64,000 nucleotides of DNA from Eledone cirrhosa (lineage: Eukaryota): contig OZ024756.1 of NCBI GenBank assembly GCA_964016885.1, positions 38,130,001 to 38,194,000 of the forward strand. Reading direction: 5' to 3'. The stretch's first letter is position 1, and the number at the start of each line of letters is the position of its first letter. The notes beneath the pieces were generated by a model. It did not search any database. It saw nothing but the letters and a program-made list of their open reading frames with translations, and was not told the DNA's origin. The translations under genes were made by a program, and so were the position numbers. This document shows positions 37,530 through 53,894 of this stretch, in pieces.

Positions 37530-39985
37530 TGATGTTGCTGCTGTTTCTGCTGCTGTAATGTAGTTGCTGGTGTTGTTGTTGTGGTTGTTGTTGTTGTTGC
37601 TGCTGTTTCTGCTGCTGTAATGTAGTTGCTGGTGTTGTTGTGGTTGTTGTTGTTGCTGCTGTTTCTGCTGCTGTAATGTAGTTGTTGTTGTTGTTGCTGC
37701 TGTTTCTGCTGCTGTAATGTAGTTGCTGGTGTTGTTGTTGTGGTTGTTGTTGTTGCTGCTGTTTCTGCTGCTGTAATGTAGTTGCTGGTGTTGTTGTTGT
37801 GGTTGTTGTTGTTGCTGCTGTTTCTGCTGCTGTAATGTAGTTGCTGGTGTTGTTGTGGTTGTTGTTGTTGTTGCTGCTGTTTCTGCTGCTGTAATGTAGT
37901 TGTTGTTGTTGTTGCTGCTGTTTCTGCTGCTGTAATGTAGTTGCTGGTGTTGTTGTGGTTGTTGTTGCTGCTGTTTCTGCTGCTGTAATGTAGTTGGTGG
38001 TGTTGTTGTGGTTGTTGTTGCTGCTGTTTCTGCTGCTGTAATGTAGTTGCTGGTGTTGTTGTGGTTGTTGTTGTTGTTGCTGCTGTTTCTGCTGCTGTAA
38101 TGTAGTTGTTGTTGTTGTTGCTGCTGTTTCTGCTGCTGTAATGTAGTTGCTGGTGTTGTTGTGGTTGTTGTTGCTGCTGTTTCTGCTGCTGTAATGTAGT
38201 TGCTGGTGTTGTTGTGATTGTTGTTGCTGCTGTTTCTGCTGCTGTAATGTAGTTGCTGGTGATGTTGTGGTTGTTGTTGTTGCTGCTGCTGTTGCTGCTG
38301 CTGTAATGTAGTTGCTGGTGTTGTTGTTGTGGTTGTTGTTGTTGTTGCTGCTGTTTCTGCTGCTGTAATGTAGTTGGTGGTGTTGTTGTAGTTGTTGTTG
38401 TTGCTGCTGTTTCTGCTGCTGTAATGTAGTTGGGGGTGTTGTTGTGGTTGTTGTTGTTGCTGCTGTTTCTGCTGCTGTAATGTAGTTGGTGGTGTTGTTG
38501 TGGTTGTTGTTGTTGCTGCTGTTTCTGCTGCTGTAATGTAGTTGGTGGTGTTGTTGTGGTTGTTGTTGTTGCTGCTGTTTCTGCTGCTGTAATGTAGTTG
38601 GGGGTGTTGTTGTTGTTGTTGTTGCTGCTGTTTCTGCTGCTGTAATGTAGTTGGTGGTGTTGTTGTGGTTGTTGTTGTTGCTGCTGTTTCTGCTGCTGTA
38701 ATGTAGTTGCTGGTGTTGTTGTGGTTGTTGTTGTTGCTGCTGTTTCTGCTCCTGTAATGTAGTTGCTGGTGTTGTTGTGGTTGTTGTTGTTGCTGCTGTT
38801 TCTGCTGCTGTAATGTAGTTGGTGGTGTTGTTGTGGTTGTTGTTGTTGCTGCTGTTTCTGCTGCTGTAATGTAGTTGCTGGTGTTGTTGTGGTTGTTGTT
38901 GTTGCTGTTTCTGCTGCTGTAATGTAGTTGGTGGTGTTGTTGTTGTTGTTGTTGCTGCTGTTTCTGCTGCTGTAATGTAGTTGGTGATGTTGTTGTGGTT
39001 GTTGTTGTTGCTGCTGTTTCTGCTGCTGTAATGTAGTTGGTGGTGTTGTGGTTGTTGTTGTTGTTGCTGCTGTTTCTGCTGCTGTAATGTAGTTGGTGGT
39101 GGTGTTGTGGTTGTTGTTGTTGTTGCTGCTGTTTCTGCTGCTGTAATGTAGTTGGTGGTGGTGTTGTGGTTGTTGTTGTTGCTGCTGTTTCTGCTGCTGT
39201 AATGTAGTTGGTGTTGTTGTTGTGATTGTTGTTGCTGCTGTTTCTGCTGCTGTAATGTAGTTGGTGGTGGTGTTGTGGTTGTTGTTGTTGCTGCTGTTTC
39301 TGCTGCTGTAATGTAGTTGCTGGTGTTGTTGTGATTGTTGTTGCTGCTGTTTCTGCTGCTGTAATGTAGTTGGTGGTGTTGTTGTGGTTGTTGTTGTTGC
39401 TGCTGTTTCTGCTGCTGTAATGTAGTTGGTGGTGTTGTTGTGGTTGTTGTTGCTGCTGTTTCTGCTGCTGTAATGTAGTTGCTGGTGTTGTTGTGGTTGT
39501 TGTTGTTGCTGCTGTTTCTGCTGCTGTAATGTAGTTGGTGGTGTTGTTGTGGTTGTTGTTGCTGCTGTTTCTGCTGCTGTAATGTAGTTGCTGGTGTTGT
39601 TGTTGTGGTTGTTGTTGCTGCTGTTTCTGCTGTTGTAATGTAGTTGCTGGTGTTGTTGTTGTGGTTGTTGTTGCTGCTGTTTCTGCTGCTGTAATGTAGT
39701 TGGTGGTGTTGTTGTGATTGTTGTTGTTGCTGCTGTTTCTGCTGCTGTAATGTAGTTGCTGGTGTTGTTGTGATTGTTGTTGTTGCTGTTTCTGCTGCTG
39801 TAATGTAGTTGCTGGTGTTGTTGTTGTGGTTGTTGTTGCTGCTGTTTCTGCTGCTGTAATGTAGTTGGTGGTGTTGTTGTGATTGTTGTTGTTGCTGCTG
39901 TTTCTGCTGCTGTAATGTAGTTGCTGGTGTTGTTGTGGTTGTTGTTGTTATTGTTGCTGCTGTTTCTGCTGCTGTAATGTAGTTT
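37530..39985. repeat. large minisatellite, roughly 44 copies of a ~56 bp unit with invariant GCTGTTTCTGCTGCTGTAATGTAGTTG core
   Basis: Direct reading; unit length varies by whole GTT triplets. Confidence 0.95.
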
Positions 39986-40039
39986 TTGTTGTTGCTACCG
40001 TTTCTGCTGCAGTTATGTTGTTGATATTGATGTTGCTGC

Positions 40040-40082
<43 letters not shown>

Positions 40083-40105
40083 ACTTTTGTTGCTGCTGCT
40101 GCTGC

Positions 40106-40136
<31 letters not shown>

Positions 40137-40239
40137 GATACTTTTGTTGCTGTTGCTACTGTTGTGGTTTTATTGTTTATGTTGAAGAGGAATCTTTGCG
40201 TTTGTAGATCCTCTTGAATGACTGCTACTTGTTACAGAT

Positions 40240-41870
40240 ATAGTGGTGGTGGTGGTGGTGGTGTTGGTAGTAACGGTGTCGTTGGTGGTGGTGGTGGTAA
40301 TGGTGTTGATGGTGGTAGTGTTGGTGATAGTGGTGTTGGTGGTGATGGTCTTAGTGGTGGTAATGGTGTTGGTGTTGGTGGTGATGGTGATGGTAGTGTT
40401 GATGGTAGTGTTGGTGGTGATGGTGATGGTAGTGTTGGTGGTGATGGTGATGGTAGTGTTGATGGTGATGGTGGTGGTATTGTTGGTGGTGATGGTGATG
40501 GTAGTGTTGATGGTGATGGTGGTGGTATTGTTGGTGGTGATGGTGGGAGTAGTGTTGGTGGTGATGGTGGGAGTAGTGTTGGTGGTGATGGTGGGAGTAG
40601 TGTTGGTGGTGATGGTGGGAGTAGTGTTGGTGGTGATGGTGGTGGTTTTGTTGGTGGTGATGGTGGTGGTATTGTTGGTGGTGATGGTGATGGTAGTGTT
40701 GGTAGTGATGGTGGTGGTATTGTTGGTGGTGATGGTGATGGTAGTGTTGATGGTGATGGTGGTGGTATTGTTGGTGGTGATGGTGGTGGTATTGTTGGTG
40801 GTGATGGTGGTGGTATTGTTGGTGGTGATGGTGGTGGTTTTGTTGATGGTGATGGTGGTGGTATTGTTGGTGGTGATGGTGGTGGTATTGTTGGTGGTGA
40901 TGGTGATGGTAGTGTTGGTGGTGATGGTGGTGGTGATGGTAGTGTTGGTGGTGATGGTGGTGGTATTGTTGGTGGTGATGGTGATGGTAGTGTTGGTGGT
41001 GATGGTGGTGGTGATGGTAGTGTTGGTGGTGATGGTGGTGGTAGTGTTGGTGGTGATGGTGGTGGTGGTGGTAGTGTTGGTGGTGATGGTGGTGGTGATG
41101 GTATTGTTGGTGGTGATGGTGGTGGTATTGTTGGTGGTGATGGTGATGGTAGTGTTGGTGGTGATGGTGGTGGTATTGTTGGTGGTGATGGTGGTGGTAG
41201 TGTTGGTGGTGATGGTGGTGGTGGTGGTAGTGTTGGTGGTGATGGTGGTGGTATTGTTGGTGGTGATGGTGGTGGTATTGTTGGTGGTGATGGTGATGGT
41301 AGTGTTGGTGGTGATGGTGGTGGTATTGTTGGTGGTGATGGTGGTGGTAGTGTTGGTGGTGATGGTGGTGGTGGTGGTAGTGTTGGTGGTGATGGTGGTG
41401 GTATTGTTGGTGGTGATGGTGATGGTAGTGTTGGTGGTGATGGTGGTGGTATTGTTGGTGGTGATGGTGGTGGTAGTGTTGGTGGTGATGGTGGTGGTGG
41501 TGGTAGTGTTGGTGGTGATGGTGGTGGTATTGTTGGTGGTGATGGTGATGGTATTGTTGGTGGTGATGGTGATGGTAGTGTTGGTGGTGATGGTGGTGGT
41601 ATTGTTGGTGGTGATGGTGGTGGTATTGTTGGTGGTGATGGTGGTGGTATTTTTGATGGTAGTGTTGGTGGTGATGGTAGTGTTGGTGGTAGTGTTGGGG
41701 TGATGGTGGGGGTAGTGTTGGTGGTAGTGTTGGTGGTGATGGTGGGGTTAGTGTTGGTGGTGATGGTGGTGGTGGTGATGGTGTTGGTGGTGGTGATGGT
41801 GTTGGTGGTGGTGATGGTAGTGTTGGTGGTGATGGTGTTGGTGGTGGTAATGGTAGTGTTGGTGGTGGGG
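40240..41870. repeat. (GGT)-based 24-bp minisatellite
   Basis: GGTGGTGATGGTGGTGGTATTGTT and variants. Confidence 0.9.
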
Positions 41871-42027
41871 GCCGATGGTATCGATCGTGTTGTATAGTTG
41901 CAGTTGATTCCCTTGTTATATCATCCGATGTGCTATCTCTTATATTTCTACTGAAGAGAATAGAGTAGGAAATGGAGAGAGATTTAGTTTCTCTTTCTAT
42001 TGATTTTGTTGTTGTTGTTGTTGTGGT

Positions 42028-42390
42028 TGTTTAAACCCAGCTCAGTCTTTTATTGAACAAACCTATGAATGATCTAAACCATTCCAGCCGTGACTATCAC
42101 CTATTTTTATGGCTATTAAATATTATATCATCCAACGTGTTCTTCACCATTTAATTAAAGGAGAATAGAGTGCGAATTTGAGGAAGATTTGACTGCTATT
42201 TCTCTTGATTCAGTTGTTGTTGTTGCTGTTTTTCTTTAACCCCAGACCAGACCAGATGAGATGTTTAACCCCAGGCCGGTCATCCTATGTTGTACTTCAT
42301 TTATTTGAGAGAGAATATGGCGGGGATTTATGGGAGATTTGACTGCTATTTCTAGCAGGTTGGGTGATCACCACGTAGAGGCTCTTTTCG
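42028..42390. mobile_element. old dispersed repeat (SINE-like), two partial copies
   Basis: GATTTGACTGCTATTTCT occurs twice and TTTAACCCCAG recurs; related fragment at ~37060-37110. Confidence 0.5.
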
Positions 42391-42429
42391 TTGTGCCTCA
42401 TGTTGATTGCGGCGGGCGTTGTTGCTGCT

Positions 42430-45505
<3,076 letters not shown>

Positions 45506-45757
45506 TGGTCGCTCTAACTCCTTTGCAATCACCACACACTCACACAGCGTTTTCTACTGCATCTCATCTCATAGAAGCGCTCCCTTGCTACTGTAATAGC
45601 TGTTGTAATATCGTCCCCTAAAATCATGGCCGCTGTCGTCAGTATGATCTATCAATCTGTTTTAATAACGATGGCGACGACAACAACAAAGAGAATGGCG
45701 GCAAATTAATGATCTCTTTCTTCTCTCTTTCTCTCACACTCCCTCTCCCCCTTCCTT

Positions 45758-45846
<89 letters not shown>

Positions 45847-46508
45847 TCCTACACCAACACCATCTAATGTGAGGAACGATGATGGAGCTTCTGAATCAAC
45901 ATTGCAATGAAAACCTATTATGAGGATGACGACGATGATAATGCTGATGGTGATGATGATGGTGATGATAGTAATGGCGGGGACGACGACGATGATGATG
46001 ATGATGATGATGATAGTAATAATGATGGCGATGGTGGTGATGGCGGCGGGGATGATGATGGTGAGGTTGAGGGGCTGTAGGTAGGGGTGGGGGAGGTGAT
46101 GCCGTGTTACAACATCAACTTCATAGAAAGAAAAAAGAAAAAAAAAAAAAAAAAAAAAAGCGAGCCTTACATTTTTCATTACCTCGTTAGATGGCGCTTG
46201 TGTGATGGCAGTCACCTAGAAACCAACCAATCAAACGAGAGCAAGTTTTGCAAGGTAAAAATATTTGATGCAATAATTGAAAATTTATGGGATAGACAAC
46301 CCCATCCCCCACCAACCCCCATCCCCCACCCCCAATCCCCCACCCCCAATCCCCCACCCCCATCCCCCACGAAACAAACAAACGAAATAACACAACAAAC
46401 ATAAGCAACAAACAAACATCAAAAAAGGATTATTATTGTTGTTGTTGTAACACGGCATGAACCCCATCCCATCATAATCCCCCCCCCCCCATCACCGCCA
46501 TATTATCG

Positions 46509-46543
<35 letters not shown>

Positions 46544-46788
46544 GGAGTATCATCGAAGCGATGTAGATTTGCATCTTATGTATGTATGTATGATGTGTGC
46601 ATGTGCACGGCGTCTATAAACATGCATGATTGCGTGCATGAATGTAAACATGCACACATGTATTGTGTGTGTGTGTGTGTGTGTGTGAGTATGTATGTAT
46701 GTAAACAGGTATGTTTGTGTGTTTGTATGTATGTATGTGTGTGTGTGTAGCATGCATGACGTGTGTATGTACATATTTATATATATAT

Positions 46789-46839
<51 letters not shown>

Positions 46840-46940
46840 TATATACATATATATATATACATATATATATATGTATATATATATGTATATATATATACAT
46901 ATATATGTACATATATATATATATATACATATATATATAC

Positions 46941-46971
<31 letters not shown>

Positions 46972-46972
46972 C

Positions 46973-47005
<33 letters not shown>

Positions 47006-47678
47006 AATATATACATATATATATATATATACACACATATATATATAAATATATATATATGTAGATGTTTCTGTGCGTATGCGCAGGAATAAGGTGTATA
47101 AACACGTTATACTGAAGAGCAATAAAAAAGGAAACGATGGATTAATGGACAGGTGGGTGGGAGAGAGTGTCGATTAGGGAGAAATCTCTCACGAACAAAG
47201 ATATATGTATCGATCTATCGATTGATAGATAAATAGATAGATAAATACACGGAAACAATGGAATAACGGCGGAACATGCTGCAAAACAAAATGATATGAA
47301 TTTGGAATTTAAAGAAGACAAAGCATTGAAGGATATAGATGATGGGTGTGTATATATGTGCGTATGTGTATATTTGTGTGTATATTTGTGTGTATATATG
47401 TCTATATATATGTCTATGTCTATGTGTGTGTGTGTGTATATATATATATACACAGACACATTCACATATGCGTAACAGATACCATGGATATACGTATAAC
47501 AGCTTTTTGTAATGAATAATATATGTTGAAGTATAATATCATTGACCTTTGCTTCATTATATATATGTGGGGGTGTAAGTGTATGTATCTGTATGTATTG
47601 ATATGTGTGTGTGAGTGTGTGTGTGCATATTTGTGTGTATATATGTGGATATATAAATGTCTGTCTATATGTGTGTGC

Positions 47679-47707
<29 letters not shown>

Positions 47708-47709
<2 letters not shown>

Positions 47710-47832
47710 AGTTATTCCGGGTTGAATCGGAGGTAACCACAGTAAGTAAGGTACTCAATACATAGCAGAGTATGTAGCAGGAGCTTCCTGATGATTTCTC
47801 ACGAATGAAACAGTTCTAGTCCTGAAGAAGCT

Positions 47833-47833
<1 letters not shown>
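47708..47833 (+). mobile_element. element H1 copy 3 (inverted tail joined to a forward hammerhead 47781-47833, U16.1 changed to A)
   Basis: GAGCTTC-CTGATGA-tTTCtcacGAAt-GAAA-CAG...CTG-AA-GAAGCTC; left half equals 31626-31690. Confidence 0.75.
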
Positions 47834-47892
<59 letters not shown>

Positions 47893-48159
47893 TGCGTAAC
47901 ACATACGATGGACATAGGTATAATAGCTATTATGTAATAATTAATATGTGTTGAAGTATAATATCATTGACTTTTGCTTCATTATATATATGTGGGGGTG
48001 TATGTGTATGTGTGTTTATATAAATATTTAACTGTGAAAGGTTTCAGCCAATATTGGCTCAGGCCATGTCTAATTTCATATCACCACCTGATGAGGTCTT
48101 TCAAATCATGTTTCACACCCTGGCCATGCTTTTGACACTATGACCTACACGAGTAACGA

Positions 48160-49560
48160 GTTATTGTTGACAGAGACATATCCGGTTATAGGAGAGTGGA
48201 GGTTATCAGGAATTTCTTGGTGAAATTTGCTCAGGAACCTTTTGAATTTTACAGGACGTTTTTACTGTCTTTGTGTTTTGGAATAATATTAAAGAGAGCA
48301 GACTCTGTTGAAGTGAAATAGTGTCGTAATGTTATGTGATGTAAGCTCGATTTTTGAAGGGGGTGGATATCACGAGGGCCTAGCCGAAGGTGGACCTTAA
48401 TCTTAATGCCAACATTATAAGGGAAATATTGATTTTCCACATCTACGTCTACCCTAGTAAACAAGACGCGTCATGCCACCTATCTTTTATTACTTCTGGA
48501 GTACTTCATTTTTCATAATTGTTTCTACTTTTGGCACAAGGCCATCAATTATCCCAGTGCATTACTGGTACTTTATTTTATCGACCTCGTAAGGATGAAA
48601 GGCAAAGTCAACCTCGGCGGGATTTGAACTCAGATCGTAAAGGGACGTAACTATGCTGGAAAGCATGGTGTCTGACCCTCCACCGATACTGCCAATCCAC
48701 CGCCTTCATAATACCTTTTATCGTGCGGGTAGACTACAGGGAGCAATATTGTTCAAGGTGTGGCTGGGAAAAGGTAGAAAAGAGAAGGATAATAATTGTT
48801 TCTACTTTTGGCACAAGCCAGCAATTATCCCAGTGTATTACTGGTACTTTATTTTATCGACACCGTAAGGATGAAAGGCAAAGCTAACCTTGGCGGGATT
48901 TGAACTCAGACCATAAAGGGCAGTAACTCTATGCTGCAAAGTATGGCGTCTGACCCTCTGCCGATACTGCCAGTCCAATAATAATATGGATATATCGTGG
49001 CCGGAAAGTTATAAGAATCCTAGAACATAAACTGTGGGCCGCGTTATCCTTGCTTATGTGGACAGACCAGCTCAAGTTGTTATCAACTATAACTCTAAGC
49101 TCTCTAATGTTGGATGCTATGAGAGTTCTGCCCGATGGAAGAGTATATGTTAACATAAATCCTCTTTCCCAGAAATTTATCCTCGTTTAGTAGCATATTG
49201 TTTGGCATTTTTTTCGATCAGTGAATAACAGCAAGCAAATCTAATTAAAGGCATTTCTAGTCTCCAAATCCATTGATGATATTCTGTAGCTTGGAGTCAT
49301 CTATGAAGATCCTTATTTTGTCTGCTTGGTGTAAATTAAATAAATTAAATACTGAACAAAAGTGGGCCCATAGCAATGTCTTGTGATACACCACTAATGA
49401 TATCTGGTGAGTTTGATCCAAGAAAAACACAATCCACTGTAGTAGCTTCCTGCAGTTTCTTCAACAGGATATTGTGACCAACTCTTGTCAAAGACCTTGC
49501 TGAAATGGAGGTATATGACATTTGGCTTGGATACCCCTCACAAAGCCTTTAGAATGTAAT
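48160..49560 (-). mobile_element. decayed CR1/Jockey-group LINE ORF2 (reverse transcriptase and C-terminus), split by two SINEs
   Basis: Minus-strand motifs in order: [35 protein letters not shown] (YADD box), ELRVIVDNNLSWSVHI, QPHLEQYCS, LFNIIP, EIPD; stops, frameshifts and deletions throughout. Confidence 0.85.
48516..48978 (-). mobile_element. two full-length family A SINEs (48516-48703 and 48794-48978) nested in the LINE
   Basis: Family A reverse complements; LINE coding sequence continues between them. Confidence 0.9.
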
Positions 49561-49575
49561 CAAACATTTATACAT

Positions 49576-49704
<129 letters not shown>

Positions 49705-49810
49705 TCCACACCCAGTCTCAAGCGTGAACCTAATACCAACACTGTTCGTACTGCACTCTTGTTTTATTTTCCTTTTTGTTTTTTTTTGTTTGTTTTTTTT
49801 TTGTTTTTTA

Positions 49811-49917
<107 letters not shown>

Positions 49918-49924
49918 GTATATA

Positions 49925-50200
49925 TTTATGTATGCAGAGGTTATATTTAATTTGTTGGGATTCAACAAGCTTAAAAAGTTTTTATAACTGATATAAAGCA
50001 CTCAACAGTTTAGTGGAGTAAATATACAATATATTAACAAATGGAAACTATATTTATAAAACCATATTTATTTTATTATACATATTTCAAGGGCCACCAA
50101 GGCAAATTATGGTGCGCTTTCATCAGATAAAATACAATACAGATTAGTTTTATAAATAAATATTGACATACCCTGAAAAAAGACAACCTTAACGGTTGGA
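49925..50200 (-). mobile_element. element H7 copy with an intact-looking hammerhead at 50069-50134 (-)
   Basis: UAUUUUAU-CUGAUGA-AAG.GCACCA...UGGUG.CCCUU-GAAA-UAUGUA-UA-AUAAAAUA; flanked by (TA)n. Confidence 0.75.
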
Positions 50201-50209
50201 GCTTCCTGA

Positions 50210-50276
<67 letters not shown>

Positions 50277-50601
50277 TGAAATGTGTATTGACCGAGATAT
50301 ACTCACACACGTGTGTGAGTATATCAATATAACAGTTCGATTGGTATCTACCCTACTGCAGCTACAACTTCGATTTATATATATATATATATATATGGAG
50401 GAGGGGGTATTCTCACATACACGTGTGCGGTGTGTGTACGCTGGTGTCTGTATGAATCTGTGCATGCGAACGTGTTCGCTCGTGCGTGGCTATTGTGACT
50501 AAAGCTCTAACATCTGCTCGCATCATTCGTGTATAAACAAAAATGTACGAACCTACGGCGTAGGGTAGGTGGGGCTTTCACAGAGATGGGCATTGACCGA
50601 G

Positions 50602-50663
<62 letters not shown>

Positions 50664-50802
50664 GTGCATATATATAGCATGCATGTAACACCGATACACA
50701 CACACGTGTGTGTGTGCATGTGTGTGTGTAGCTGCCGCGCAACGTTCTGAAACCATCATTCCGTAGACTTCTCTTTCTCTCCCCGGGAGCTTATACAACG
50801 TG

Positions 50803-50887
<85 letters not shown>

Positions 50888-50934
50888 TTCTACTTTACAC
50901 AACTGTGAAGCCATCTTCTATCCACACACACATC

Positions 50935-51032
<98 letters not shown>

Positions 51033-51049
51033 ATACATCAATTTATATA

Positions 51050-51111
51050 TTTTATCTGATGAGGACGTACTGAAAAAACAGCACAGTACCTCCGAAATAT
51101 ATATAATAAAA
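51050..51111 (+). ncRNA. type I hammerhead ribozyme motif (H7-related)
   Basis: UUUUAU-CUGAUGA-GGAcGUACUG(loop)CAGUACcUCC-GAAA-UAUAUA-UA-AUAAAA. Confidence 0.75.
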
Positions 51112-51157
51112 AATATTTTTTGATTACGTGTATGTCTACATTTATTGATATTTTGAA

Positions 51158-51204
<47 letters not shown>

Positions 51205-51215
<11 letters not shown>

Positions 51216-52312
51216 TTGTACTCTACACAAGATCTATACACACCACACACTATATATATAGTGTTGTACTCTACACAAGATCTATACACACACACACACA
51301 CTATATATATAGTGTTGTACTCTACACAAGATCTATACACACCACACACACTATATATATAGTGTTGTACTCTACACAACATCTATACACACACACACAC
51401 ACTATATATATAGTGTTGTACTCTACACAAGATCTATACACACACTATATATATAGTGTTGTACTCTACACAAGATCTGTCCACACACACACACACTATA
51501 TATATAGTGTTGTACTCTACACAAGATCTATACACACACACACTATATATATAGTGTTGTACTCTACACAAGATCTATACACACACACACTATATATATA
51601 GTGTTGTACTCTACACAAGATCTATCCACACACACACACTATATATATTGTGTTGTACTCTACACAAGATCTGTCCACACCACACACACTATATATATAT
51701 AGTGTTGTACTCTACACAAGATCTATACACACACTATATATATAGTGTTGTACTCTACACAAGATCTATACACACACTATATATATAGTGTTGTACTCTA
51801 CACAAGATCTGTCCACACCACACACACTATATATATAGTGTTGTACTCTACACAAGATCTCTACACAAACACACTATATATATAGTGTTGTACTCTACAC
51901 AAGATCTATACACACACTATATATATAGTGTTGTACTCTACACAAGATCTGTCCACACACACACACACTATATATATAGTGTTGTACTCTACACAAGATC
52001 TATACACACACACACTATATATATAGTGTTGTACTCTACACAAGATCTATACACACACACACACTATATATATATAGTGTTGTACTCTACACAAGATCTA
52101 TACACACACACACACTATATATATAGTGTTGTACTCTACACAAGATCTGTCCACACCACACACACACTATATATATAGTGTTGTACTCTACACAAGATCT
52201 ATCCACACCACACACACTATATATATAGTGTTGTACTCTACACAAGATCTATACACACACACACACACTATATATATATAGTGTTGTACTCTACACAAGA
52301 TCTATACACACT
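51205..52312 (+). repeat. minisatellite, ~22 copies of an invariant ATAGTGTTGTACTCTACACAAGATCT core with (CA)n(TA)n spacers
   Basis: Direct reading. Confidence 0.95.
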
Positions 52313-52404
52313 CCTACAACCAACGTAACATAGTTGATCAATACCTTTAGAATTACCAAACCCACCTTGCACTGCCTCCAAATGTTTAATCAATAAATAG
52401 ATTT

Positions 52405-52600
52405 TCTCTCTCTCACCCTCACTCGCTCTCGCTCTCTCTCGCTCTCTCTCACTCTTTCTATCTATCTCTCTATCTCTCTCTCCCTATCTATCTCTCTTAT
52501 GTCTCGTCTCTCTCTCTCTTTCTCTCTTTCCCTCCCTCTCTCTCTCTCTCTCTCTTGTTTTTCCTCTCTCTCCCTCGTCTTCCCCCTCTCTCTCTCTCTC

Positions 52601-52631
<31 letters not shown>

Positions 52632-53438
52632 CTCTCTCTCACTCGTCCCCCCCCCCCTGTACACCTCTTAGTCTCTTCTTCCGCCATTTTTCATGCCATT
52701 TTCATTCTTTCATCTTAATTTCTACTTTCTCTCTATCTCCTCTCTTTCCCTCCCACCTTTTTCTCAGTCTCTCTTCTCTCTTTCACTCGCCTTACTCTTT
52801 CTCTCCCACCTTTCCCTCTCTCTTCTCTCTCTCTCTCTATCACCTTACTCCTTCACCTTGGTATATGTCTTTCTTTCGTCAACTTCCTTCTCCTCCCCCC
52901 TCTCTATCTCCTCTTTCATCATCGCCTCTCTTTCTCTCTCTGTTCTCGTCTTTCGTTCATTTTCTCCCCTCTCTTATTATCTCTACCTATCTATATCACA
53001 CTCTCTACTTCTTGCCCCCCTCTCCCCCTCTCCCCCTCCCCCTCCCCCCTCTCTCCCCCCCCCTCTCTCTCTCTCTCTACATATATATATATATATCAGC
53101 TTTGCTTTCTTTTTCTTCGCTATTTATTCGCACTTTTCTCGCTCTCTCTTTCTAGCTCGATCTTTTCCTCTCTTGCTCCATCTCTCGCTCTCTTTCGCTC
53201 TTACTCTATTGTTCGCTCACTCTCTCGCCTTCTCTCTCTATGTCTCTCTCTCTCTATCTATCTCACTCTCTCTCTCTACTTTCCTTTTTTTATTCCCCCC
53301 CCCCCGCCCCCACTATTTCTCTATAAATATTTGTCTTTTGTTAAATTGTTTATTTTATTGCTTGTTCTCCTTTCTTTCTTTCCTCTCTCTCACTCTCTCC
53401 CTCCCTCTCTCCCTCTCTCCCTCTATCTCTCTCTCTCT
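52405..53438. repeat. pyrimidine-rich (CT)n domain
   Basis: Direct reading. Confidence 0.85.
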
Positions 53439-53600
53439 GTGACGTAATGAACCATTCTGCTGCCAATCCATAGAGGACGGTCTGATTTTATAGCATGGAG
53501 AACTCCTTTGAAACTGTCTTCACCAGTGCAGTTGCTTGTAGGCGTCTGGCACAGAATCTGACCAATCAAAGACAGTTGGTCATATCACGTGATATTCACT
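53439..53600. promoter_or_regulatory. candidate cis-regulatory island
   Basis: TGACGTAA (53440-53447), CCAAT (53463 and 53562), palindromic ATATCACGTGATAT (53582-53595) within 160 bp of unique sequence. Confidence 0.3.
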
Positions 53601-53894
53601 CCCCCTCACCACCCCTACCCCTACCCCGACCCACCAACTCTACGTAGGTACGTACGTACGTACGTATGTATGTGTATGTGTGTATGTATATGTATGTGTG
53701 TATGTATATGTATGTATGTATGTGTTTGTGTGTATGTATGTGTTTACGTATCGAAGCTATCTTCTTCAATATCCTATATTCTTGTATGTTCTATCTCTCT
53801 TTCGTTCGAAACATCGATTATATGCGGGAGGACTGACTGAATGACAGGAACATAGACACATCTCTCTCTCTCTCTATGTATATATATATATATT

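Noticed and set aside
40218-41897. 559-aa Gly/Asp/Val-rich ORF resembling a structural protein
   Set aside because: It coincides with a GGT-based minisatellite that is open in several frames; no signal peptide, unique domain or splice context
51205-52312. CRISPR array
   Set aside because: Spacers are only (CA)n(TA)n, the context is eukaryotic and there are no cas genes
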